Source: an uncultured bacterium
Lineage (GTDB): Bacteria; SAR324; NAC60-12
Reading direction: 5' to 3'
Length of the DNA: 64,000 nt
Assembly (NCBI GenBank): GCA_964010765.1
Contig: CAXGMD010000003.1
Location: 27,885 to 91,884, forward strand
The position numbers were made by a program, and so were the translations under genes. Numbering within the stretch: the first letter of the stretch is position 1; the number at the start of each line of letters is the position of its first letter. A model generated the notes under the pieces. That model worked only from the letters and a program-made list of their open reading frames with translations. It did no database searches and was not told the DNA's origin. Below are positions 42,016-50,688 of the stretch, piece by piece.

Positions 42016-42987
42016 ATGAGCCAACTACAGCAACAATTCTCCAAACTTCAGCAACACCTTAACGAAGCTATCATTGGGCAAGCCCAGCTGACTGAACGCA
42101 TCCTGATTGCCCTACTTGCTAACGGGCACCTCTTGGTCGAAGGAGCTCCAGGGCTCGCCAAAACCCGAGCAATTCGCACAGTTGGCGATTTACTGGAATG
42201 TGATTTCCATAGAATCCAGTTCACACCTGATCTACTGCCAGCGGACATCACCGGTACAGAAATTTATCGACCTCAAGATGCGAGCTTCCATTTCCAAAAA
42301 GGACCGGTCTTCCACAATCTTGTCTTAGCAGATGAGATCAACCGTGCTCCTGCCAAGGTTCAATCCGCGTTGTTGGAAGCGATGGGTGAGCGACAGGTTA
42401 CCGTAGGGCAAGAGACCTATCCGCTGCCAGAGCTTTTTTTGGTAATGGCAACCCAGAACCCTCTCGAACAAGAAGGTACCTATCCACTTCCAGAGGCTCA
42501 ACTGGATCGTTTCCTCATGTTGGTACTGGTCGATTATCCTCAGGCTGAGGACGAGTTACAGATTCTCCAACTGGCTCGGCAGGAAACAGATCAAAACTTC
42601 TCCAAGCAACGCAAGAGCTATTCGCCCCTACCTCAAGAAGTAGTCTTTGCAGCTCGACAGGAAGTACTCTCAATCTATATTGCACCAGAATTAGAGCGTT
42701 ATCTGGTGGAATTAATACTAGCTACCCGTAAACCACAGCGATATTTACCAGAACTGGCTACAAAGCTCCAAGTAGGAGCTAGTCCAAGAGGGACAATCGC
42801 CTTAGATGCCTGTGCACGCTCACGAGCCTGGTTACAGGGTAGAGATTTTGTGAGTCCGGATGATGTGCAGGAAATTTACGCAGATGTGCTGCGTCATCGC
42901 ATTTTGCTGAGCTATGAGGCTGAGGCAGATGGTTGGACAGCAGATCAAATTCTTCAAAAACTACTACAGCACGTGCCCGTTCCTTGA
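42016..42987 (+). CDS. MoxR-family AAA+ ATPase
   Basis: EGAPGLAKT, RIQFTPDLLPADITG, DEINRA, ATQNPLEQEGTYPLPEAQLDRF; ATG 42016 chosen because GTG 41935 lies inside the terminator. Confidence 0.93.
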   Translation: MSQLQQQFSKLQQHLNEAIIGQAQLTERILIALLANGHLLVEGAPGLAKTRAIRTVGDLLECDFHRIQFTPDLLPADITGTEIYRPQDASFHFQKGPVFHNLVLADEINRAPAKVQSALLEAMGERQVTVGQETYPLPELFLVMATQNPLEQEGTYPLPEAQLDRFLMLVLVDYPQAEDELQILQLARQETDQNFSKQRKSYSPLPQEVVFAARQEVLSIYIAPELERYLVELILATRKPQRYLPELATKLQVGASPRGTIALDACARSRAWLQGRDFVSPDDVQEIYADVLRHRILLSYEAEADGWTADQILQKLLQHVPVP

Positions 42988-42991
42988 CACA

Positions 42992-43729
42992 TCAATTCAT
43001 GTCACCAAATCGATGCTGAAAGATTGTCATAGCAGATATGGCAGCCGTTTCTGTACGTAGAATTCTTGGGCCTAGCGTAAGTGATCTGGCTTTTGCCTGA
43101 TGTGCCAGTGCAAGCTCAGAAGCATGCCATCCCCCCTCAGGACCAATCCAAAGGGTGTGTTTTTGCCCCACCATTTCTTCTCTGGAGATCGGCCACTCCG
43201 AAGAATCTAGCAAAGGAGCAAAGATCCAATGCTGATCTGTGGCAGTTGTCTGGCCCAGTGCTGCTTCGAGTGATTGAAACCATTTCCAAGTTGGTGAAAA
43301 CTGACGACCCGACTGCTTGCAAGCTTCGCTCATGATGCGTTCCCAGCGCTGCTGAGTATTTATCGTAGGAGTTTCGTCACGACCGCTCGAAAATTCTCCT
43401 TGAAAGAGCACTACACGGCTTACCCCCAGCTCCACACCCTTCTGTAGTATCAGTTCCAAAGCTTTCTCTTTAGGCAAAGCCAACCACAACTCCAGCAATA
43501 ACGGCGATGGCTCCGGCACAACGACGGCTTCCAGAACTTCAAACTCTAATCGCTGTCTTATTTGGTTTAGCAGTTTCACACGAAATCGCTGCCCAAGCCG
43601 ATCCTGCAGTAGAAAGTCATCTCCCGGTCGTAAGCGTCTAGATTGGCTGATATGCCGAACTTCCTCTCCTTGCATTTCAGCGCGCAGAGCAAGGCGCAGT
43701 TCACCCTCAAATTTGAAATAAGCAGACAT
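42992..43729 (-). CDS. rsmE: 16S rRNA m3U1498 methyltransferase
   Basis: QKGVELGV, EACKQSGR, IGPEGGW, LGPRILRTETAA; ATG 43729 is the likely start. Confidence 0.93.
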   Translation of the reverse strand: MSAYFKFEGELRLALRAEMQGEEVRHISQSRRLRPGDDFLLQDRLGQRFRVKLLNQIRQRLEFEVLEAVVVPEPSPLLLELWLALPKEKALELILQKGVELGVSRVVLFQGEFSSGRDETPTINTQQRWERIMSEACKQSGRQFSPTWKWFQSLEAALGQTTATDQHWIFAPLLDSSEWPISREEMVGQKHTLWIGPEGGWHASELALAHQAKARSLTLGPRILRTETAAISAMTIFQHRFGDMN

Positions 43730-43767
43730 TTTGGACAAAACTTGTTGAAATACTATATACTGGTGGG

Positions 43768-43920
43768 AAAAAATCGGAAGGGAAGTTGCAACGAGGTACT
43801 TGATAACCTGTACCCCGTAGCATCTTAAAGAGAAGTCAGAGGCCCTTGCGGACGGCAACTTCCATTGGCGTCAATCGATGACGGCACTTCCGACGTATGT
43901 AAAGCCGTTGGGTCGGAAGC
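43768..43920. ncRNA. Candidate structured RNA or leader (no family recognised)
   Basis: Nested and alternative helices, a GCAA tetraloop and a U6 tract on the - strand; see findings. Confidence 0.4.
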
Positions 43921-43981
43921 AGATAACGTTTGGGCGTTTTCATAGATCCCCATGTACAAGAGATTGCGACAAGCACTCATA

Positions 43982-44001
43982 GATAACACGAGTTTGTTAT
44001 C
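43982..44001. promoter_or_regulatory. Inverted repeat, candidate operator
   Basis: GATAACA-N6-TGTTATC, 40 nt upstream of an RHH-like gene. Confidence 0.45.
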
Positions 44002-44041
44002 GGCAGGAGATCACAGAACTTTAGTAGAATGATGAGGTACT

Positions 44042-44311
44042 ATGCCGCGGGGAGGATTTCGAGAAGGCGCTGGGCGCAAGAAGGAATACACTGAACCAGT
44101 GCGAAAGATCCTGTTGGGCTTGCCTGAGTCGGTGCTGCAGGAGTTGGATCAATATGCCAATCAACGCAATTTATCACGTCCAAAAGCAATCGCTGCTTTG
44201 TTGAAACAAATCCATCGTCCAGAAGAACCGGCCCGGCAAAAAACACAACACAAGGTTGTCCTGCAGGAGCTCAAGTCACTTCGAGAGAAACTCAAGAAGA
44301 GTTCCGACTGA
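44042..44311 (+). CDS. Small DNA-binding protein, ribbon-helix-helix/CopG-like
   Basis: GAGG ribosome site; RGGFREGAGRK arm followed by LPESVLQELDQYA...LSRPKAIAALL. Confidence 0.72.
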   Translation: MPRGGFREGAGRKKEYTEPVRKILLGLPESVLQELDQYANQRNLSRPKAIAALLKQIHRPEEPARQKTQHKVVLQELKSLREKLKKSSD

Positions 44312-44465
44312 GCTGAATTGGTTCCTCTGCATCATCAGCAGAATTTTTCTGCAACTGTTGGAGTCGCTGGCGAGATGCTTCAAAACGCCTTCTTGAGATA
44401 CGCCGTTCAATGATGCCCAAAGTAACCATCGACACGAATATCATCAATATTAGCACCAATCCCAT
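44292..44465 (-). CDS. 57-aa single-pass membrane protein (below the ORF track cutoff)
   Basis: MGLVLILMIFVSMVTLGIIERRISRRRF...; GAGGTTAGG before the ATG. Confidence 0.55.
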   Translation of the reverse strand: MGLVLILMIFVSMVTLGIIERRISRRRFEASRQRLQQLQKNSADDAEEPIQLSRNSS

Positions 44466-44490
44466 TTTACCTAACCTCTAGATTATAACT

Positions 44491-44892
44491 ATGCTCTGGA
44501 AACTGTTTCTGGCCTTTACAATCATTCCTGTCAGTGAAATCTATATTCTGATCGCAATCGGGGGACAGATTGGAATTCTGCCTTCTATTGGTTTGGTCAT
44601 TTTAACTGGAATTGTAGGAGCTAGTCTTGCTCGCAGTCAAGGACTACAGACCTTGGGACGAATTCGGGATTCTTTTCAACAGGGAGTGGTTCCGGGAGAA
44701 GAGTTACTCAACGCTCTATTGATCGCTGTCGCTGGGATTGTCCTGCTCACACCTGGATTTTTGACTGATGCTGCAGGGTTATTTTTGCTCATTCCAGCAA
44801 CCCGAACTCTATGCCGAGAATGGCTTAAACGTCGCATAGAATTAGTATATGCCCAACGTAATGTGGGCAACGGTCCAATTATCTATGGCTAG
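44491..44892 (+). CDS. fxsA: FxsA family membrane protein
   Basis: IPVSEIYILI, ARSQG, LLTPGFLTDAAGL..LIP.TR. Confidence 0.92.
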   Translation: MLWKLFLAFTIIPVSEIYILIAIGGQIGILPSIGLVILTGIVGASLARSQGLQTLGRIRDSFQQGVVPGEELLNALLIAVAGIVLLTPGFLTDAAGLFLLIPATRTLCREWLKRRIELVYAQRNVGNGPIIYG

Positions 44893-44921
44893 GCATCTTC
44901 ACTGATTTTTACGCAGGCAGC

Positions 44922-45140
44922 ATGGACGCAAAATCTCCCGCCCTAATTGTACAGCAAGCCTCTAAGGTACTGAGTCTGGAGACTGTCAAACGAGGCAAGC
45001 GCCCGTATGACAACGCTTTGATCACAGAACAGTTGGATCTAGTGGAAAAGTTGGTGAGCAGGGATCATGCAAACGAATTGATTCGACTCTATCGTCTGCA
45101 AGATCCCAATGTGGATGGAACGTCTTGGCCACTGCGTTGA
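44922..45140 (+). CDS. Hypothetical protein (72 aa)
   Basis: ATG ORF filling the gap after fxsA; no family recognised. Confidence 0.55.
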   Translation: MDAKSPALIVQQASKVLSLETVKRGKRPYDNALITEQLDLVEKLVSRDHANELIRLYRLQDPNVDGTSWPLR

Positions 45141-45153
45141 GGACAGTAACGCT

Positions 45154-45534
45154 TCACATGAACAGACTGGACAACCGAGGAGCAGGCTGTCCATTTCGGA
45201 AATCAGCGCCTGACATCAACTCCCGATGAAGCATCAGGCTCAATGGCACCGCTTGGGGTTGTGATCGCAAAAACAACTGGGACAGCGCAGGCTTCGGATC
45301 TTCCTCTGATTGAAAGTCCTTACCCGACATCAAACGAACCTTCGTCTTGGGAACCGTTTCCTGGACAGTAACCGGACGATGATTCTCGGTGTTTTGAACG
45401 ATCTGCAACAGCAGTTCACGTTCTCGCTGGTCTTGGCCGCGCTGCTCGATCAGACGTTCATTCATGTCGATCAGGCGGTTGTTCAGACCAATCAACCACT
45501 CTTGTTGTTGCGATTGCAACAGGTTGCTCTGCAT
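45154..45534 (-). CDS. Hypothetical protein with a coiled-coil N-terminus and a duplicated LMSGxDF...LSxLF motif
   Basis: GGAG 8 nt before ATG 45534; internal repeat visible in the translation. Confidence 0.65.
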   Translation of the reverse strand: MQSNLLQSQQQEWLIGLNNRLIDMNERLIEQRGQDQRERELLLQIVQNTENHRPVTVQETVPKTKVRLMSGKDFQSEEDPKPALSQLFLRSQPQAVPLSLMLHRELMSGADFRNGQPAPRLSSLFM

Positions 45535-45819
45535 TTTCGTCACTCCATGACTACTCGGTTCTCATCCTGAAAACCGTACTACATTGGGTACGCCCCCGCC
45601 CTGCCAAAGGAAGTACCAAACTAACTCTCTGATCCCAATATCTAGAGTCAGAACACAGCAAAAACTCGAGCTACTGGCTCCATGCCGCTAGCAACGCCGT
45701 GTTGAACGATTCTGGAAGAAACTTTGGTTTCGGAGAATTTGTAAGGCGAGAATAAACCGGTTGGGAGGGTGCAGGGTCGATCAAAGCGTGTCGTGTCCAA
45801 TGACAGACTGGTTAGCATC

Positions 45820-45937
45820 TTGCTGTTCTCTTGAGACTAGCCTGCCTCCGATGGCAGGTGGATTATGCGACAGATTTTGGATGACTCTGACGCTGATGGG
45901 ATGGCTCAGACTAAGCACTCCCGCCGATGGGGAGTGC
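45820..45937 (-). ncRNA. Candidate tandem-hairpin RNA (sRNA or 5' leader)
   Basis: Two units of [hairpin with CAUCGG]-YUAG-[hairpin starting UCU], 74 nt apart, directly after a predicted promoter. Confidence 0.45.
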
Positions 45938-45941
45938 ACAA

Positions 45942-45970
45942 AACCTATGCAAAAAGGGTTCGGACTGCAA
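45942..45970 (-). promoter_or_regulatory. Predicted sigma70-type promoter
   Basis: TTGCAG-N17-TAGGTT on the - strand. Confidence 0.45.
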
Positions 45971-45971
45971 G

Positions 45972-46000
45972 AAAAAAATCTGACTTATTCAGATTTTTTT
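45972..46000. repeat. Perfect 12-bp inverted repeat (operator or weak terminator)
   Basis: AAAAAAATCTGA-CTTAT-TCAGATTTTTTT. Confidence 0.6.
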
Positions 46001-46085
46001 TATTTCTACAACTCTTCTAACTCAATTTTTCTCTCCGTTTCAGGATTCAAAGTTACCGTGGATGGTATTTTTCGATAGCTAGCAG

Positions 46086-46772
46086 ATGGATTTACAACAA
46101 GAACAACAGCAATGGTGGGCTCGCTGGCAAGAGGGCCGAATTGGCTTCCATCTTCCAGAAGTCAATCCTCTGCTTATTCGCCATGTACACGCCCTGGCAA
46201 CCGAAACTCACCCCAATGAAACATCCTGTATCCTTGTCCCACTCTGTGGCAAATCAAAGGACTTGATCTGGCTTCAAAGTTACTTTCATCAGGTCATCGG
46301 AGTGGAGCTAGTTCCTCAGGCTGTTAAGGCTTTTTTTGAAGAGAACCAAATCACTCCGACTCACTCCCTAAGAGATCCCTTCGCAACCTACCAACACGGC
46401 AATCTAACCTTGCTACAGGGCGATATCTTCCAAATGAGTTCCAAACATCTGGAGGATCAACCGATTCGAACGGTTTTTGATCGGGCTTCCCTGATTGCCC
46501 TACCTAATGAATTACGGAAAAATTATGTAGCGTTACTTCGTAGCCTGGTTTCTCCCAACACGAAGCTGTTGTTGGTGACGCTCGCTTATGAAGACGGTGT
46601 GATCAGTGGTCCGCCACATTCAGTTCCAGAAAATGAGATCTTCGATTTGTTTGCCTTCGCTACCAACATCGAACTGCTGGAAAAACAAGATATCCTCCCT
46701 GAATCTCCCAACTTCCAGAAAGCTCGACTACGTTGGGCCTACGAAGCTGTTTACCTGATTACCTTCCCATGA
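46086..46772 (+). CDS. Thiopurine S-methyltransferase family protein
   Basis: WQEGRIGFH..VNP.L, LVPLCGKSKDL, DRASLIALP, GPPHSV. Confidence 0.92.
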   Translation: MDLQQEQQQWWARWQEGRIGFHLPEVNPLLIRHVHALATETHPNETSCILVPLCGKSKDLIWLQSYFHQVIGVELVPQAVKAFFEENQITPTHSLRDPFATYQHGNLTLLQGDIFQMSSKHLEDQPIRTVFDRASLIALPNELRKNYVALLRSLVSPNTKLLLVTLAYEDGVISGPPHSVPENEIFDLFAFATNIELLEKQDILPESPNFQKARLRWAYEAVYLITFP

Positions 46773-47506
46773 AAATTCTTGCTGTCATCCCAGCTCGTTA
46801 TGAGTCTTCACGATTCCCTGGCAAACCACTGGTTGAACTACATGGGAAGCCAATGATTCAGCATGTATACGAACGAGTTCAACAAGTTCTCTCAGTAGAT
46901 CAGGTCCTCGTAGCTACCGATGATGAGCGTATCATCAACGCTGTCCAGGCCTTCGGCGGTCAAGCCTGTATGACTTCGCCTGATCACCCAACAGGGACAG
47001 ATCGAATCGTGGAGGTGATTCAGAATCAGCCCTGTGAGTGGGTGCTCAACGTCCAGGGAGATGAACCAACCATCGCACCTAATGTTTTAGAAACACTCAT
47101 CCAGCGTGCACTTACAGATGGCAGTTGCCCCATGGCAACTCTCGTTTTTCGCAGTGATGATCCCAATACTTGGCGAGATCCGCATGTTGTCAAGGCCATA
47201 CTGGCACAAAATCAACGAGCTCTCTATTTTTCACGATCACCGGTACCTTATGTCCGAGATCAGGTGTTTCGTGGTTGCTGGAAGCACTTTGGGGTCTACC
47301 TATACCGTCGTGACTTTCTGCTGGAATTTGCCAACTGGCCCTCAACCCCTCTTGAACAGCAAGAGCAGTTAGAACAATTGCGGGTTCTGGAGAATGGATA
47401 TTCGATCCTTTGCGTAGAATCTCCCGTGGACAGCATTGGAGTGGATGTGCCAGAGGACCTTGCGCACGTTGCTCAACTGATCGCCACTGGAATGATACCA
47501 GATTGA
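46769..47506 (+). CDS. kdsB: 3-deoxy-manno-octulosonate cytidylyltransferase
   Basis: IPARYESSRFPGKPL, NVQGDEP, ALYFSRSPVP, EQLEQLRVLENG; ATGA overlap with the upstream gene. Confidence 0.95.
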   Translation: MKILAVIPARYESSRFPGKPLVELHGKPMIQHVYERVQQVLSVDQVLVATDDERIINAVQAFGGQACMTSPDHPTGTDRIVEVIQNQPCEWVLNVQGDEPTIAPNVLETLIQRALTDGSCPMATLVFRSDDPNTWRDPHVVKAILAQNQRALYFSRSPVPYVRDQVFRGCWKHFGVYLYRRDFLLEFANWPSTPLEQQEQLEQLRVLENGYSILCVESPVDSIGVDVPEDLAHVAQLIATGMIPD

Positions 47507-47835
47507 TTCTTACTAATTTAAATAATTTAAATTCTTTTTATTGAGAAAGCTTTTTGTATTTCACTACTTCACTCTCTCTCATTATGTAACTTTTTACTAG
47601 AAGTTACAGTCTTATCAGGTCATCAATTTTTCTTCATTTTTTCAATAGAAATAAAGATTTTTTATCACACCAACACACTCGAAATTTAGACTCTAAAAGT
47701 TACAGTTACATTTTTAGCAAAAACGCATCTCTACCGAAATTGACTGGATTCTTCCTCATAACTACGGTTTGTTTTTCTGTTTGAAGACAAACCAAATCCT
47801 CATATTCATTTTTCAAATTTATCAAGAGACGTTCT

Positions 47836-48897
47836 ATGGCAAAATTAGATGCGATCTTAAGCCAAGGGGGCCAACCTGTCGAAGAGTTGGTCAAATTCGA
47901 AAATCCCCGATTTGGCAAAGAGCGCCTGCATCTACCTGGTCCTGATTGGACAAACAGGATTTGGCAACAAAGTGATCGCAGTCCACAGGTTTTGCGATCT
48001 CTGGGGCAGCTATATGGCACTGGACGTCTAGCAAATACGGGCTATCTCTCTATCTTGCCAGTAGATCAAGGAATCGAGCATTCAGCGGGTGCTTCTTTTG
48101 CGGCCAATCCGATCTACTTCGACCCTGAAAACATTATAAAATTAGCGATCGAAGCCAACTGTAACGCTGTTGCCTCCACTCTTGGTGTGCTGGGGATTGT
48201 TTCTCGCAAATACGCTCATCGCATTCCGTTCCTGGTCAAACTCAACCACAACGAATTATTGAGCTATCCTAACCAGCACGATCAGACGCTCTACGGCAGT
48301 GTAAAGCAGGCCTGGAACATGGGTGCTGTGGCGATCGGAGCGACTGTCTACTTTGGCAGTCCAGATTCACGTCGCCAACTCTGGGAAGTCTCGCAGATGT
48401 TTGCAGCGGCACATGAGCTTGGCATGGCAACTGTGCTATGGTGCTACGTGCGCAACTCTGGCTTCTCCAAGGATGGAGTGAACTACGAAACAGCAGACGA
48501 CTTGAGTTCACAGGCCAATCATCTTGGCGTCACCATAGAAGCTGACATCATTAAGCAAAAGCTTCCTGAAGTTTCCAACGGCTACGGTGCCGTCAAGTTT
48601 GGCAAGACCGATAAGAAAGTTTATGACTCACTGACCTCTGAACACCCTATCGACATGACCCGCTACCAAGTACTCAACTGCTACGCTGGCCGAGCTTCCC
48701 TGATCAATTCGGGTGGAGACAGCAAAGGTAGCAGTGATCTAGGCGAAGCACTCTACACTGCTGTTGTCAACAAACGTGCTGGAGGCTCTGGCTTGATCCT
48801 AGGGCGCAAGGCTTTCAAACGAGAAATGAGTGAAGGTGTTGCCTTACTGCAATCCGTGCAGGACGTATATCTTTGCGATCAAATCACGATCGCCTGA
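47836..48897 (+). CDS. fbaB: Class I fructose-bisphosphate aldolase (DhnA type)
   Basis: [39 protein letters not shown]. Confidence 0.95.
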   Translation: MAKLDAILSQGGQPVEELVKFENPRFGKERLHLPGPDWTNRIWQQSDRSPQVLRSLGQLYGTGRLANTGYLSILPVDQGIEHSAGASFAANPIYFDPENIIKLAIEANCNAVASTLGVLGIVSRKYAHRIPFLVKLNHNELLSYPNQHDQTLYGSVKQAWNMGAVAIGATVYFGSPDSRRQLWEVSQMFAAAHELGMATVLWCYVRNSGFSKDGVNYETADDLSSQANHLGVTIEADIIKQKLPEVSNGYGAVKFGKTDKKVYDSLTSEHPIDMTRYQVLNCYAGRASLINSGGDSKGSSDLGEALYTAVVNKRAGGSGLILGRKAFKREMSEGVALLQSVQDVYLCDQITIA

Positions 48898-48950
48898 TCT
48901 TGCCTTGGGGTAGGCTAGCTTGCCCCACTTCATCTGCTCCCAATAACCCA

Positions 48951-49769
48951 ATGCCCGAATTACCCGAAGTCGAAACTGTTGTTCGTGGTCTACACAGCTT
49001 GATCACTGGCCAGACGATCCAGCGGGCAGAGGTCTATCGTGAAAAAACAGTTCCAGGTTCCACTCCCCAAGCCTTTGCTGCTGCTATTCAGGGACACACT
49101 ATCAAGAGCGTGACGCGCAGAGCCAAGTATCTGCTGTTTCAGCTGGAGCCCAAATCTGTGTTGCTAGGTCACTTACGAATGACAGGGAAATTCGTGGTGG
49201 CTGATCCTCCTTCAGAACCCGCCCCTCATGATCGAGCTTGGTTCTGGTTGGGCAATGGTCAGGTTTTGATATTTACCGACATGCGTAACTTTGGGACCCT
49301 AGAACTCTTCCCCTCAGCAACTGAAATTCTCAAACTCCAAGTACTGGGGCCCGAACCTCTTACAGAAGATTTCGATGCTCGCTACCTATATCCTCGATTG
49401 AAAGCCAGCTCAAAAGAGATCAAACCGTTTCTACTGGATCAGCGGCTGGTTGCTGGAATTGGCAATATCTACGCTTCTGAGATCCTATTTGCTTCTGGTG
49501 TGCTCCCTCAACGCAGTTCGCATTCTCTGAAAAAGAAGGACGTTCAGGCTATCGTAGAAAATACTCGTCGGATTCTGCTGTCTGCTATCGAATATAACGG
49601 TACCTCGGTTTCTGATTTTCGGCAGGTTGATGAGAAGACCGGAGAGTTTCAGAATTTTCTCCAGGTCTACGACAAAGAGTCTCAGCCCTGCCCACGCTGT
49701 GAGGTTCCCTTGCAACGCATTGTGCAGCAGCAACGCAGTACTTTCTTCTGCATCGGATGCCAAAAATGA
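48951..49769 (+). CDS. mutM: Formamidopyrimidine-DNA glycosylase
   Basis: MPELPEVE, HLRMTG, GIGNIYASE, zinc finger CPRC..CIGCQ. Confidence 0.96.
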   Translation: MPELPEVETVVRGLHSLITGQTIQRAEVYREKTVPGSTPQAFAAAIQGHTIKSVTRRAKYLLFQLEPKSVLLGHLRMTGKFVVADPPSEPAPHDRAWFWLGNGQVLIFTDMRNFGTLELFPSATEILKLQVLGPEPLTEDFDARYLYPRLKASSKEIKPFLLDQRLVAGIGNIYASEILFASGVLPQRSSHSLKKKDVQAIVENTRRILLSAIEYNGTSVSDFRQVDEKTGEFQNFLQVYDKESQPCPRCEVPLQRIVQQQRSTFFCIGCQK

Positions 49770-50686
49770 ATTCCCTCTTCTTGCGTTGTCTTGGGATTCT
49801 GATGCTTCTGGTGTGGGCAGCTACGCCAGTCCTGGCACAGGTTAGCCTGAAAACCAAGCAATACCTGTTACTCAGTGGTCCTGAAAACACAGCCTCCCAT
49901 CAATTTGCAGAGGATCTGGCAGAAATTTGGAGTATGCCAGGTGTCAGCTTTGGAAGCGATCTTCAGCCTGTTTCCGTTATGGATGGAGTTGCTCGACTGG
50001 AGCAGATGAGGGATCAGCGAGGGCATCTGGCGATCATCAATGGGCAGGAAGCTTGGCAGTTGCTCCCAGAATATCCTCAATTGAAGGTGGTGAGTGTGCT
50101 CTGGCCGAACGTGCTATATCTGATCAGCCGCTTGCAGCCACCTCAGATTGTGCCCTTGACAGCTGCACGTACTGTACGGGCTCCACTACAAGCTCTGGAA
50201 GTCATTAGAGCTTGGGACGAACAGTCACCCGTTTCACTGTTGCAGGAGACAAACTGGTTCCACCAGAAAGAAACCATTCAGGCTCTTGAAGGGTTCAAAG
50301 AAGATGTTTTTCTCAGTTGGGGTAGCTATCCCCTTCAGGAGATTCGAGCATTGCTGAACTTCCCCGGATATTATCTGACAGAAGCCCAGGATACTCTGCA
50401 GAAAGTTTGGACACAGCAACTGCCCTGGACGCGCTCTTATACGCTCCCTGCAGAAACCTACGCTGGACAACCAGCCTTGCAGTTGCTGGCAGAGTTCCCA
50501 GTACTGGTTGTTCACGAGACTGTTCCTGACAGCTTAGTGAATAACCTGCTACGCAGTCTGTTTGGTCACGCTGAATCTTCTAATCCACGCTTTCTGTTTC
50601 GAAATCTCTCTCCTCAACACAATCTGCTGTATCAGCAAAAGCTCCCATATCATCCGGTAGCTCGTCGTTTCTATCGTTTCCCCTGA
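49766..50686 (+). CDS. TAXI-family TRAP solute-binding protein, divergent
   Basis: Signal peptide; LPAETYAGQ, VLVVHETVPDSLV, LPYHPVARRFY C-terminal motif. Confidence 0.65.
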   Translation: MNSLFLRCLGILMLLVWAATPVLAQVSLKTKQYLLLSGPENTASHQFAEDLAEIWSMPGVSFGSDLQPVSVMDGVARLEQMRDQRGHLAIINGQEAWQLLPEYPQLKVVSVLWPNVLYLISRLQPPQIVPLTAARTVRAPLQALEVIRAWDEQSPVSLLQETNWFHQKETIQALEGFKEDVFLSWGSYPLQEIRALLNFPGYYLTEAQDTLQKVWTQQLPWTRSYTLPAETYAGQPALQLLAEFPVLVVHETVPDSLVNNLLRSLFGHAESSNPRFLFRNLSPQHNLLYQQKLPYHPVARRFYRFP

Positions 50687-50688
50687 CC

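Noticed and set aside
43760..43950. tRNA, tmRNA, SRP or 6S RNA (the - strand ends ...CCACCA)
   Set aside because: No T-loop (TTCGA) before the CCA, no SRP GGAA/AGCAG motif, and no symmetric 6S-like rod that I could fold
45820..45940. CsrB/RsmZ-type RNA or guanidine-II riboswitch
   Set aside because: Loops are CAUCGG (or CCGAUG on +), not ANGGA or ACGR
45761..46078. 105-aa + strand ORF across the hairpin region
   Set aside because: TTG start, no recognisable motif, and it runs through palindromes better explained as RNA or DNA structure
47507..47835. Very AT-rich intergenic stretch as a possible replication origin
   Set aside because: No DnaA-box cluster seen; most simply the fbaB promoter region
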